From contig CAWEWF010000006.1 of NCBI GenBank assembly GCA_963812605.1, forward strand, positions 224,001 through 288,000: DNA of 64,000 bases, in the 5' to 3' direction. The DNA is from an uncultured Verrucomicrobiae bacterium (GTDB lineage Bacteria > Verrucomicrobiota > Verrucomicrobiia > Palsa-1439). A program made the position numbers and the translations under genes. A model generated the notes under the pieces. It was not told the DNA's origin, made no database searches, and saw only the letters and a list, made by a program, of their open reading frames with translations. This document shows, piece by piece, positions 39,566-50,075 of the stretch (position 1 is its first letter; every line of letters begins with the position of its first letter).

Positions 39566-39696
39566 GCGGCAAAGACGGGCCACTCCCTCCGGGAGTTGGA
39601 GACAGGAAAACGGAGCACGAACCTTCGATGGGCCGAAGGAAGAACAAACAGGCATTCGCTTCGCGCGACAGGCACCTGAATGGCGGCAGCTTGTTG

Positions 39697-40524
39697 ATGA
39701 TCAATACCGGAACAACTGTCGTCTCCGCTGAGCGGCGGGAGCGGCTCAGTCAGTTCCTGAGAGACCTCTGGAGCTTTCGCGAGTTGTTCTGGACGTTCGT
39801 GGAGCGCGACATCAAGGTGCGCTACAAGCAAACGGCCTTCGGTGTCATCTGGGTCGTGCTCCAACCGCTGTTCATGATGGGTGCGTTCTCCCTGATTTTC
39901 GGGAAGATCGCCCATATGCCCACGGACGGCCTGCCCTACGCGCTTTTTTACCTGGGGGCCCTCGTACCCTGGAACACGTTTGCATCCGCGCTTTCACAAT
40001 CCGCGCTCAGTATGGAATCCAATGTCCAATTGATCAGTAAAGTGTATTTTCCACGCGTCGTCGTTCCGGGGGGTATTGTGTGCGGGTCATTTTTGGACTT
40101 TGCCATTGGCTGGATCGTCCTGAACCTGGCGGCAATCGGGCAGGGATATTGGCACTGGCAATTGGTCGCCATGACTCCCCTGCTCCTCCTTGTGCAAGCT
40201 TGCACGGTTTTCGGAATCGGGCTCGTGCTCGCCGCACTCAATGCGCAGTACCGGGACGTAAAGCACGCGATTGGCTTTCTCGTACAGGTCTTGATGCTGG
40301 CCACACCGGTGATTTACCCGGCCTCGCGCCTGCCCATCTGGGCGCAGAACTGGATGTTTCTGAATCCCATGGCGGTAGTGATTACCAGCTACCGGGCCGC
40401 ACTCCAAAACACTTCTTTCCAATGGCCATTGATCGCGTTGGCGCTACTGACTTCCGTCTTCTATCTGGCCTGTGGGATCTGGTTCTTCCGGAAGCGGGAA
40501 CAGCGTCTCGCTGATATTCTGTAA
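39697..40524 (+). CDS. wzm: Polysaccharide ABC transporter permease (Wzm)
   Basis: RDIKVRYKQT, KVYFPR, YRDV, TPVIYP, LNP. Confidence 0.9.
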   Translation: MINTGTTVVSAERRERLSQFLRDLWSFRELFWTFVERDIKVRYKQTAFGVIWVVLQPLFMMGAFSLIFGKIAHMPTDGLPYALFYLGALVPWNTFASALSQSALSMESNVQLISKVYFPRVVVPGGIVCGSFLDFAIGWIVLNLAAIGQGYWHWQLVAMTPLLLLVQACTVFGIGLVLAALNAQYRDVKHAIGFLVQVLMLATPVIYPASRLPIWAQNWMFLNPMAVVITSYRAALQNTSFQWPLIALALLTSVFYLACGIWFFRKREQRLADIL

Positions 40525-40595
40525 GCGCCGAAACATTTCCTCAAACTGAAAGATTATTTTCAGCGGAGGATGAACGCCGTAGCAATTGATCTCCG

Positions 40596-41936
40596 ATGAG
40601 TGACATCGCCATTAAAATTGAAAGATTGGGGAAGAGGTATCGATACGGCGCGACACAGAGTGTGAGCTACAACCTCCGGCAGGACATCACCGACTGGATA
40701 AAGGGTCTCGTCAGACCGCAAAAGACAGAAATGGGTCGCCAATCGTCAGTCCCCGGTGGTCATCCATCGTTCAAGGAGATTCACGAACGGCATCTCGATG
40801 CCGATCCCAACTACTTCTGGGCGTTGCGCGAGGTGAACCTTGAAATCAAACGGGGCGAAGTCGTCGGCATCATCGGCTGCAATGGCTCCGGCAAGAGCAC
40901 GCTGCTGAAAATTCTCTCGCGCATCACCCCGCCCACGACCGGCACGATTACCTACCACGGCCGCGTGGCCAGCCTCCTCGAAGTGGGCACCGGCTTCCAC
41001 CGCGAACTGACCGGCCGCGAGAACATCTTCCTCAATGGCTCGATCCTGGGCATGAAGCGGGCCGAGATCGCCAGGAGATTCGACGAGATCGTCGCCTTCG
41101 CCGAAGTTGAGAAGTTCATCGATACGCCCGTGAAATTCTATTCCAGCGGCATGTATGTGCGCCTGGCATTCGCCGTGGCCGCGCACCTGGAGCCGGAGAT
41201 CCTGGTGATCGATGAAGTACTGGCTGTGGGCGATGCCGAGTTTCAGAACAAATGTATGGGGAAAATGGGTGAAGTCGCGAGCGCGGGCCGCACCGTGCTG
41301 TTTGTCAGTCACAACATGGGCGCGATCATCCAGCTTTGTTCGAAGGCCGTCCTGTTGCGGGGCGGCCAGGTAACGGCTGAGGCTGGGGTGAAAGAAGTGG
41401 TTGAGCGTTACCTCGCGGGCTCATCGCCACGCGGTGCAGACTCAATTCTTGCCACAACCAGCGAGCGCGCCGGGGACGGACGCTTGCGATTCACCGACGT
41501 TTACCTGAACAATGCAAGCGGCCAACGCGTTCACACGCCGATCTCGGGTGAACCCACCGATATCGTCCTTGAATTTCAAACCGATCAGGAACTATCCCGC
41601 GTCCGATTCATGCTGACCATTTACAACCACTTGGAGTTGGCGGTCACGCATTGCACCGTGGATGCGCAAGGCCAAAAATTTCACCTTGCCCCAGGGAATG
41701 GTCAGGTTGTCTGTCAGATCCCGAAACTGCCGTTACCGCGCGACCGTTATCGGGTGGCGGTTGCCGCTTATGACGATCTTGGCCGATTGGACCGGATTGC
41801 GGAGGCGTGTTTTTTCCAGGTGGAATCCGGCACCTTCTTTTCCACGCCCTACATGCCACTGGCCGAAAATTCCATGGCCCTGGTTGAGCATTCCTGGGCG
41901 CTGACGCCGAACCGTCCTAAAGCGACGCATTTGTGA
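40596..41936 (+). CDS. wzt: Polysaccharide ABC transporter ATPase with C-terminal domain (Wzt)
   Basis: NGSGKSTLL, YSSGMYVRLAF, DEVLAVGD. Confidence 0.92.
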   Translation: MSDIAIKIERLGKRYRYGATQSVSYNLRQDITDWIKGLVRPQKTEMGRQSSVPGGHPSFKEIHERHLDADPNYFWALREVNLEIKRGEVVGIIGCNGSGKSTLLKILSRITPPTTGTITYHGRVASLLEVGTGFHRELTGRENIFLNGSILGMKRAEIARRFDEIVAFAEVEKFIDTPVKFYSSGMYVRLAFAVAAHLEPEILVIDEVLAVGDAEFQNKCMGKMGEVASAGRTVLFVSHNMGAIIQLCSKAVLLRGGQVTAEAGVKEVVERYLAGSSPRGADSILATTSERAGDGRLRFTDVYLNNASGQRVHTPISGEPTDIVLEFQTDQELSRVRFMLTIYNHLELAVTHCTVDAQGQKFHLAPGNGQVVCQIPKLPLPRDRYRVAVAAYDDLGRLDRIAEACFFQVESGTFFSTPYMPLAENSMALVEHSWALTPNRPKATHL

Positions 41937-42000
41937 GCAACCGGCCCGGTTTGCAGACACCTCTGGAAGCTTCCCCATCGATCACCTCGGAGAACCAAGA

Positions 42001-42948
42001 ATGAAAATCCTGATCACCGGCGGCGCCGGCTTCATTGCTTCGAATGTGGCGGACGAATATATCCGACAAGGCCACGAGGTCGCCGTGCTCGACAACCTGA
42101 GCACCGGCTTTCGCCACAACATCAACCCCGGGGGGCGCTTCTACGAGGCGGACATCCGCGACGCCACCAGCGTGGACCGTGTCTTCGATGAGTTCAAACC
42201 CGAAGTTGTCAACCATCACGCCGCGCAGATGGACGTTCGCAAGTCCACGCGGGACCCGGTCTTCGACGCGCAATGCAACATTCTTGGCAGCCTCAACTTG
42301 ATTCTCGCCGCCGTGCGAACGGGCGTGAAGCGTTTCCTTTACGTCTCGACCGGCGGCGCCGTTTACGGCAACGCGCCGGTGAAGGACTTGCCGGTCGATG
42401 AAAATTACCCGGTCAATCCCGTCAGCCAGTACGGCATCAGCAAACACACCGTGGAGCACTATCTCTTCCTCTATAACCGCCTTCATGACCTTTCCTACGT
42501 GGTGCTACGATATCCAAATGTCTTCGGCCCGCGCCAGACGCCGCATGGCGAGGCCGGCGTCGTCGCGATTTTCAGCGGTTTGTTGCTGGACGGCAAACCG
42601 TGCACGATTTTCGGCGACGGCAGCAAAACCCGCGATTACGTTTTCATCGGCGACATCGTGCGCGCCAACATGCTCGCGCTCCAAACGGACTTCTGTGGCA
42701 TCGTCAACATCGGCAGCGGCATCGGCACCAGCGACCGGCAGGTTTATGACGCCGTCGCCGCCGCCGCCGGCACGAAGTTGCAACCTTCCTATACCGCGGT
42801 GCGCCCCGGCGAGGTGATGCACATCTACCTTAACGCGGCGCGAGCAGCCAAAATCCTTGGCTGGAAGCCAGGCGTCCCCTTCTCCGAAGGCGTTCGCCGC
42901 ACGGTGGAATACATCCGCACGGTGGAGCGCCCGACGTCCCGCGGATGA
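42001..42948 (+). CDS. NAD-dependent epimerase/dehydratase (GalE-like)
   Basis: TGGAGFIAS, STGGAVYG, YGISK, RYPNVFGPRQ. Confidence 0.92.
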   Translation: MKILITGGAGFIASNVADEYIRQGHEVAVLDNLSTGFRHNINPGGRFYEADIRDATSVDRVFDEFKPEVVNHHAAQMDVRKSTRDPVFDAQCNILGSLNLILAAVRTGVKRFLYVSTGGAVYGNAPVKDLPVDENYPVNPVSQYGISKHTVEHYLFLYNRLHDLSYVVLRYPNVFGPRQTPHGEAGVVAIFSGLLLDGKPCTIFGDGSKTRDYVFIGDIVRANMLALQTDFCGIVNIGSGIGTSDRQVYDAVAAAAGTKLQPSYTAVRPGEVMHIYLNAARAAKILGWKPGVPFSEGVRRTVEYIRTVERPTSRG

Positions 42949-43011
42949 GATTAAATTTGAAAATCACCGGGGTTCCCATCCATTATCACGCCAGAAAGTG
43001 AACTCGACCGA

Positions 43012-44109
43012 ATGACGCGTGTCCCCTATCTCGACCTGAAAGCCCAGTATGCGGCCATCCGCGACGAAGTGCAGGCGGCGCTGGCGGAGGTTTGCGAGTC
43101 GGCGCATTTCGCCCAGGGGCCGGCGACATTGGCGTTTGAAAAGGAGTTTGCCGCCTACTGCGACGCGCGCCACTGCGTCACCCTCAATAGCGGCACCAGC
43201 GCGTTACACCTCGCGCTGCGTTGCCTCGACATCGGCCCCGGCGACGAAGTCATCACCACGCCGTTCACGTTCATTGCCACCGCCTGGGCCATCAACTATG
43301 TCGGGGCCACGCCGGTATTTGTCGATATCGATCCCGCGCGTCGAGCGCTCGACCCGGCCAAAATCGAGACGGCGATCACGCCCCGCACGAAGGCCATCAT
43401 TCCCGTGCATGTCTTCGGTCTGCCGGCCGACATGGAGGTCATCAATGCGGTTGCCAACAAGCACAAATTGCCCGTCGTGGAAGATGCGGCGCAAGCGCAT
43501 GGCGCGCGCTACCGGGGAGACCGCATTGGCCGCCGGGGTACTTCCTGCTTCAGTTTCTACCCGACGAAAAACCTCGGCGCCTACGGCGAAGGCGGTGCCA
43601 TCGTGACGAACGACGAAAAAATTGCGGCGCGCGCGCGATCGTTGCGCGAGCACGGGCAGAGCGCCCGCTACGTGCATGAAGAAGTCGGCTACAACTATCG
43701 CATGGACAGTCTTCAGGCCGCGGTGTTGCAGGTGAAATTGAAATACCTGGACCGTTGGAACGCCGCGCGCGCGGCTCACGCGAAACGCTACAGCGAGCTG
43801 CTCGCGGGCTCATCCTACACGCTGCCGGCAACGCCGGCGGATTCCCAGTCGGTCTGGCATTGTTATGTCATCGAATCGGACCAGCGTGACAAAGTCCGCG
43901 GTGCGCTGGAGGCTGCGGGCATTGGCACGACGATCAATTACCCGTTGCCGTTGCATTTGCAACCTGTTTACAAATCGCTCGGGTATCAACGCGGGGACCT
44001 GCCCGTCGCCGAGCGCCTCTGCGAACGCTGCATCTCCCTGCCGATGTATCCCGAATTGACCGACGAGCAAATCGACACCGTCGTGGGTGCCCTTCGTGCA
44101 GCCGCCTAA
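43012..44109 (+). CDS. DegT/DnrJ/EryC1/StrS aminotransferase
   Basis: SGTSALHLA, EDAAQAHG, SFYPTKNLG. Confidence 0.95.
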   Translation: MTRVPYLDLKAQYAAIRDEVQAALAEVCESAHFAQGPATLAFEKEFAAYCDARHCVTLNSGTSALHLALRCLDIGPGDEVITTPFTFIATAWAINYVGATPVFVDIDPARRALDPAKIETAITPRTKAIIPVHVFGLPADMEVINAVANKHKLPVVEDAAQAHGARYRGDRIGRRGTSCFSFYPTKNLGAYGEGGAIVTNDEKIAARARSLREHGQSARYVHEEVGYNYRMDSLQAAVLQVKLKYLDRWNAARAAHAKRYSELLAGSSYTLPATPADSQSVWHCYVIESDQRDKVRGALEAAGIGTTINYPLPLHLQPVYKSLGYQRGDLPVAERLCERCISLPMYPELTDEQIDTVVGALRAAA

Positions 44110-44196
44110 AAACCGTCAGGCAGGTCGGGCGCGGGGCAGGGAACTTCGTCTTTTTTTGTGTTTGACATATTCCTATATCAGCATATATTTTGCGGC

Positions 44197-44550
44197 ATGG
44201 CGCGATTGGCGACTACTGCGGATGCGTTCAATGCGGTTGCGGAACCGCAGCGGCGACGAATCCTTAATTTGCTGGCGCGCGGCGAGCGACCGGTGAACTT
44301 TATTGCCGGGTCGTTAAGCTACAAGCAGCCACAGGTCTCCAAGCACTTGCGCGTGTTGCGACAGGTGGGGCTGGTCAGCGTGCGCGGCGCGGGACAGCAG
44401 CGGTTGTACAAACTCAATGGCAAGGGCCTCAAGCCCATCCACGATTGGACCAAGACCTTCGAGAGTTTCTGGAACGAAAGCTTTGATCGATTGGACGATT
44501 ACCTCAAGAAATCGCAAACAATGGAGAAATCATATGAGCACAAAAAATGA
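44197..44550 (+). CDS. ArsR/SmtB family regulator
   Basis: FNAVAEPQRRRIL, QPQVSKHLRVLR; TTGACA promoter just upstream. Confidence 0.9.
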   Translation: MARLATTADAFNAVAEPQRRRILNLLARGERPVNFIAGSLSYKQPQVSKHLRVLRQVGLVSVRGAGQQRLYKLNGKGLKPIHDWTKTFESFWNESFDRLDDYLKKSQTMEKSYEHKK

Positions 44551-45055
44551 TCCTGCGGCGGAAACATCGACACGAGAGTTTGTCATCACGCGCGTGTTCG
44601 ATGCGCCGCGCGAACTGGTCTGGAAGGCGTGGACGGAGCGCGAGCGGTTGATGCAATGGTTCGGGCCGAAAGGGTCCACCATACGGGTCGCCAAGATGGA
44701 TTTTCGCTCGGGGGGAAGTTTTCATTATTGTATGCAATCTCCTGACGGCAAAGAGATGTGGGGCAAATTTGTTTATCGCGAGATCGTCGCGCCGGAGCGA
44801 ATCGTCCTGATCAATTCTTTTTCGGATGAAGCGGGCGGTTTGACGCGACACCCCATGAGCCCGACCTGGCCGCTGGAAATGCTCGCCACGACCACCTTCG
44901 CCGAGCAAGGAAGCAAGACGGCGCTCACGGTGAAGTGGAAGCCCCTGAACGCAACGGAAGAGGAACGCAAGACCTTCGATGGGGCGCACGGTGGCATGCA
45001 ACAGGGCTGGACGGGTACATTCGAACAACTCACCGCTTACCTGGCGAAAGCCTGA
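44534..45055 (+). CDS. SRPBCC (AHSA1-like) domain protein
   Basis: ITRVFDAPRELVWKAWT, QWFGP, GWTGTFEQL. Confidence 0.9.
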   Translation: MSTKNDPAAETSTREFVITRVFDAPRELVWKAWTERERLMQWFGPKGSTIRVAKMDFRSGGSFHYCMQSPDGKEMWGKFVYREIVAPERIVLINSFSDEAGGLTRHPMSPTWPLEMLATTTFAEQGSKTALTVKWKPLNATEEERKTFDGAHGGMQQGWTGTFEQLTAYLAKA

Positions 45056-45066
45056 AAGGAAATCGC

Positions 45067-45555
45067 ATGCAAAAAATCACCCCGTTCTTGTGGTTCGACA
45101 CCCAGGCCGAAGAGGCGGCCAGTTTTTATGTGTCGATTTTCAAGAACTCCAGTATTGAAGGCGTCACCCACTACGGGGAAGCAGGAGCGGAGGTTTCCGG
45201 AGTGCCCAAGGGAACAGTGATGACGGTTGCCTTTGAACTGGACGGGCAAAAATTCGTCGCACTTAACGGTGGCCCGGTATTCCAGTTTACCGAGGCCGTG
45301 TCTTTTGTTGTGAACTGCGAGACGCAACAAGAAATCGATGAGTTCTGGGAGAAGCTTTCCGCGGGCGGAGAGAAGGGCAGGTGCGGCTGGCTGAAAGACA
45401 AGTTTGGCGTTTCCTGGCAAGTTGTTCCCGCTGATCTGGGTGAAATGCTACTGGACAAAGACCCCGGGAAATCGGAGAACATGATGAAGGCCATCCTGCA
45501 AATGGACAAGATTGACCTACAAACCTTGCGGAATGCCTACTCGGCGAAACCCTAA
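45067..45555 (+). CDS. VOC family protein (PhnB-like)
   Basis: ITPFLWFD, LNGGP, CGWLKDKFGVSWQV. Confidence 0.9.
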   Translation: MQKITPFLWFDTQAEEAASFYVSIFKNSSIEGVTHYGEAGAEVSGVPKGTVMTVAFELDGQKFVALNGGPVFQFTEAVSFVVNCETQQEIDEFWEKLSAGGEKGRCGWLKDKFGVSWQVVPADLGEMLLDKDPGKSENMMKAILQMDKIDLQTLRNAYSAKP

Positions 45556-45573
45556 AACTCGATTGGAGAAATC

Positions 45574-45963
45574 ATGGCTACCTCCCCTGCTCCCGTTTCC
45601 AAGAAGGCGCTTTGGGCCGGCTACATCATGAGCGCACTGCCCGTACTGCTGATGCTGTTCGGCGCCAGCCTAACGCTGCTGAAGCCGTCAGCGGTCAAGG
45701 AAGGATTCACGCAGTTCGGATTCTCGGAAAGTTTGCTTCCCAAGATTGCGATCCTCGAGTTGATCTGCGCGGTCCTCTATGTGATTCCGCGCACGTCCGC
45801 TCTCGGGGCGATTTTGTTGACCGGCTATCTCGGCGGCGCAACGGTTACTCATTTGCGAGTTGGTCAACCATTTATCCTGCCGGTGGTTGTTGGCGTGCTG
45901 GTCTGGGGCGGGCTTTTCCTGCGCGATCCACGTGTGCGCGAACTCATTCCGTTGCGACGGTAG
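45574..45963 (+). CDS. DoxX family membrane protein
   Basis: IPRTSALGAILLTGYLGGATVTHLR. Confidence 0.85.
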   Translation: MATSPAPVSKKALWAGYIMSALPVLLMLFGASLTLLKPSAVKEGFTQFGFSESLLPKIAILELICAVLYVIPRTSALGAILLTGYLGGATVTHLRVGQPFILPVVVGVLVWGGLFLRDPRVRELIPLRR

Positions 45964-45967
45964 CGTC

Positions 45968-46506
45968 ATGCTTACAACCATCGTCATTGGCCTCGCCGTA
46001 ATCGTTGCCGTGTTTATCATCGTCGTCGCCACACGGCCCGCCGATTTTCGCGTCAAGCGATCAGCCACTATCTCCGCTCCCGCCGGGGTTGTGTTTGTGC
46101 TGGTGAACGACCTGCACAAATGGGAGGCATGGAACCCCTGGGGCAAACTCGATCCCGCTATGAAAATGACCTACGAGGGTCCGCCTGCGGAACCGGCGCC
46201 GGTTACACCTGGGTCGGCAACAACCAGGTTGGCGAAGGGCGGATGACCATCGCCGAGAGCCGTCCGAACGAACTCATCCGGTTCAAGCTGGAGTTCCTGA
46301 AACCTTTCAAGGCTACCAACACCGCCGAGTTCACCTTCAAACCGGAGGGCAATCAAACGGTCGTGTCATGGAGCATGTCCGGTAAAAAGAATTTCATATT
46401 CAAAGCGATCAGCCTGTTTATGGATTACGACAAAATGATCGGTGGCCAGTTCGAAAAGGGCCTCGCGGATATGAAGTCGGTGGCGGAAGCGGCGAGCGGG
46501 AAATAG
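45968..46506 (+). CDS. SRPBCC / polyketide cyclase family protein (frameshift near 46190)
   Basis: WEAWNPWGKLDP then GAGYTWVGN..VGEG, LEFLKPF, FEKGLADMK in next frame. Confidence 0.85.
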
Positions 46507-46542
46507 TTTTTACAAAACGTGCGATGGTGCGGGACTGATCTT

Positions 46543-48223
46543 TCAATGTTTCTGAGTTAACGCTGCGCCCTGCGTTTTTTGCGCGTTGATGCTGTTGCTC
46601 TGCACTGTCGCCAGGGCAGTCAATTGTTGCGGGGTTAGAAAACTGGCGGCCTGATCCAAAATGCGTTGGTTACTCTCCGTCACCTGTTGAAAATGTTTGT
46701 CAATATCTTCCTGCGAACCGAAGAAGGCCATGTCCAACTCACCGGCGATGCCGTGCGTGGACGTGTATGGTTCGGCCTTTACAACCTGGAGCAGACGCGC
46801 GCCTTGATCATCGCTCAGCGGGTTGTCTCCCAATTGAGTATTCAGCAACGTGACCGTGGTCTGAGCGGGTATTTCCTGGTTAAACTCACTGTATCGCGCG
46901 TACCCCGCCGGGCCCAACAGTGATTGCAACTGATCTGCAATTTCTTTATGGGCCACCGCCATGGCCTGACGCGTGCCTACCGGATTCCGCATTTTCTTGC
47001 GTAAGCGATGAAGCCAAGTCGGAGCCTTTCAGCCACTCATCGCCGATCAATTGGGTAAATTTTTCGGCATCCTCGGGCGTGAGATTCAATTCCTTGAACA
47101 ACGGGCCATATCGTTGCTTGATCATTCCCAACTGCACCTGGTGAATATATTCTTTCATTTTTGGGTCACTCATCATTTGGGTCAGGCCAGTAGAAGACGG
47201 ATTGGTCCCGCTCGCGCTCGACGCTGATTGTTGCTGAAGCATTCCCGCTTCACCCCGCGATCCTGAAAGCACAGCTGACTTCTGACCGGACTTCCATTGT
47301 TCGTTCTCCCCCTGTACGGCGGCCAATTGGTTTTTTGCGTTGTCACGCTCCTGCTGCAATTGCCGTATTTGCTCGTTCAACGGTGCTTGCCGTCGTTGCA
47401 AGGCTTGAATCTGGTCCTGGAAGGTTTGGACCTGGTCGCGCAAGGATGAAGCCTGACGGGCTTCGTAAACTCCCGCGCTGGCGGTCACGGCGATGGTGGC
47501 GATGATCAGGGTTTTTTGGAGTGTGGTCATGGCGATGGCCTTGGTGATGGTTGCGGTTGTGGTGGCGGCGATGGTTGTTCCGGCCAGAGCGGCGGCGGAT
47601 GAAATCGCAGCGGCCAGCCCGGCAGGCGCGGCCTGGACGGCATTGGCGGAGATCACGACAACGAGCCCGCCGGCACCGATCGCGACGCCGTGTTTGGCAA
47701 AGAATTCACGGAGACGTTCGATGGCGCGGCTCACGCGCTTTTGCGCGGCGTCGTCACTCGTCCCGAGAGTTTCACCGACCTCGCGCAGGGATTTGTTCTC
47801 GAAGTAGCGGAGCAATACGGCGACGCGGTCGGTCTCGTCGAGCGCGTGCATCGCTTCGTCGAGGAGGGGTTCGACATGGGTCCAATCGGCGGCGGTGGCA
47901 TTCATGGCGGTAAGTTCAGAGGCGACTTGTTCGCGGAGTTGACGGCGGGATTCGTGGCGGATGACATCGATGGCCGTGCGACGGGTGACCTGGTAGAGCC
48001 ACGCCGTGAGGATGGTATCCGAAGCGAGGCGCTGGGCCTGACGGGCGAGGTCGGTGAAGACCGACTGGGACACGTCTTCGGCCAGTTGCGGCGAGCGCAC
48101 CAGGCGCAAGGCCAGCGAATACACCAAATTCACATGGCGGCTGACCAGCGCGGCAAACGCTTCTTGCGAATGCCGCTCGGCATACTGGCGCAACAAATCT
48201 CGGTCATCGATTTCCATTTTCAT
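46543..48223 (-). CDS. ECF sigma-70 factor with long C-terminal extension (frameshift near 46975)
   Basis: AEDVSQSVF, LLRYFENKSLREVG, AAQKRVSRA, TM segment, coiled coil. Confidence 0.85.
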
Positions 48224-48345
48224 AGAGTATATCGCCGCTGCTGGGTGGAATCCGACAGGATTTCTGCGGGCACCGGCCTACCTACGGCAGAAGCGGCTCG
48301 TTTTTCCTGTCACCTTTTCGTAGGGTGGGCGTCGTATCCGGTGAC

Positions 48346-50001
48346 ATGAGAACCATTGCAGCAACCCAACCACTGGATGATGTGCGGCTGGTCGAACTCT
48401 CGCGGGAGGGTAACCGCGAGGCGTTTGGGCGCATCGTGGAACGGTATCAGTCGCTTATCTGCGCATTGACCTATAGCGCCTGCGGTAATTTCCAAGCCAG
48501 TGAAGACCTGGCGCAGGTGACTTTCATCACCGCGTGGTGCCAACTGCGCCAGCTCCGCGAGCCAGCCAAGCTCAAATCGTGGCTGTGCAGCATCGCGCGC
48601 AATACCACGATCAATTCTTTCCGCCAACAGCGGCGCACGCCTACGGCGAATGCCGAAGCGCTGGATTCAAGCCCGGAGGTTTCGGCGGATGCACCCTCCC
48701 CCAGCGACAACGTCATCAGCAAGGAAGAAGAAGCGATCCTGTGGCGTTCGCTGGGTGAATTGCCGCCGACGTACCGCGAGCCGCTGGTATTATTTTACCG
48801 GCAGCATCAATCCGTCGCCGAGGTCGCCGACGCGCTGGAGTTGAGCGAGGACGCGGTGAAGCAACGGCTCGCGCGCGGGCGAACGATGTTGACGGAAAAG
48901 GTCACGGCGTTCGTGGAAGGCGCGTTGCGGCAAACGACACCCGGCCGAGCGTTCACACTCGGTGTGTTGGCAGCCCTACCGGTGATGGCGACTTCGACCA
49001 AGGCAGCGGTCGTGGGAGCGACAGCGGTCGGAGGGGCAGCGAAAGCCGCCGCATCCATTGGTATTGCGGGCGCAATTCTCGGGCCGATCATCGGGATTCT
49101 CGGAGGCTGGTTCGGCGCGAAGATGAGCATCGAGAACACGCAATCGGCGCGCGAGCGGCAGTTCGTGATCAAGGTGGTATGGAACACCCTGGCGCTGGTG
49201 GTGGTGTTCTGCCTTGTCCTATTCGCGGACATATTACTGGTTCACTTTTGGTGGAAGACCCGTCCAATGTGGGTCGTCGTTGCGTTTATTGGGACGCTCC
49301 TGGGTTATTGCGTCGCACTCATGGTGCTCATCTTTTGGGGCAATCGCAACCAGCAACGCATTCGGCGGGAGGAAGCGGCGAAGCTGCCGCCCGGGACACT
49401 GCCGCCTGGCTTGCGGTGGTCCTGGCCGTGGAGCGTGTCCTACCAGCCGCTGGAGTATCGGAGCCGTTGGACGTTGCTGGGACTTCCGCTCATTCATGTC
49501 CGATTGTTTTGCCGGCAAAACGGCAAGATTCTACCCGCCAAAGGCTGGATCGCCGTGGGCGACATCGCGTACGGCGCGCTGTTCGCCATTGGCTGCATGT
49601 GGGCGGTGGCTCCCATCAGCTTTGGCGGCGGGTTCGCCCTGGGAGGATTGGCGCTGGGCGGCGGGTTCGCCGTGGCTCTGCTGTCGTTCGGTGGAGGAAT
49701 CAGTCTAGGTGTGTGGGCATTGGGCGGAGGATTGGCGATGGGTCTATTGGCCTACGGCGGTTGCGCGGTCGGTTGGACAGCGGCGTTGGGCGGGGCGGCG
49801 TTTGCCCGGGAATTTGCGCGCGGCGGTTTGGCGCTGGCCAAGCATGCCAATGATGCGACGGCTCGTGCATTCATCCAGAACAATACTTTCCTTCAAGTGG
49901 CACCGGTGGTGACGCGCTACATTCAACGGGGGAGTTTGATTTTTTTCCTGTTGTGTGGACTGGCGCTCTGGAGGGTCCTGCGAGCGCGGCGGCGTGTGTG
50001 A
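48346..50001 (+). CDS. ECF sigma-70 factor fused to multi-TM and Gly-rich domain
   Basis: SEDLAQVTF, YREPLVLFY, VKQRLARGR; EYRS..LGLPLIHV..AKGWIAVG. Confidence 0.85.
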   Translation: MRTIAATQPLDDVRLVELSREGNREAFGRIVERYQSLICALTYSACGNFQASEDLAQVTFITAWCQLRQLREPAKLKSWLCSIARNTTINSFRQQRRTPTANAEALDSSPEVSADAPSPSDNVISKEEEAILWRSLGELPPTYREPLVLFYRQHQSVAEVADALELSEDAVKQRLARGRTMLTEKVTAFVEGALRQTTPGRAFTLGVLAALPVMATSTKAAVVGATAVGGAAKAAASIGIAGAILGPIIGILGGWFGAKMSIENTQSARERQFVIKVVWNTLALVVVFCLVLFADILLVHFWWKTRPMWVVVAFIGTLLGYCVALMVLIFWGNRNQQRIRREEAAKLPPGTLPPGLRWSWPWSVSYQPLEYRSRWTLLGLPLIHVRLFCRQNGKILPAKGWIAVGDIAYGALFAIGCMWAVAPISFGGGFALGGLALGGGFAVALLSFGGGISLGVWALGGGLAMGLLAYGGCAVGWTAALGGAAFAREFARGGLALAKHANDATARAFIQNNTFLQVAPVVTRYIQRGSLIFFLLCGLALWRVLRARRRV

Positions 50002-50075
50002 AGGGAGTCGGACTGGAGAATGTATGGTCCGTTGCGACGAGGGCGTGAATGTCACAAGTAGTGGATTCGACGGAC

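Noticed and set aside
39682-39693. ops/JUMPstart element before wzm (GGCGGCAGCTTG)
   Set aside because: Mismatch at the conserved T of GGCGGTAG, and the sequence is common in high-GC DNA
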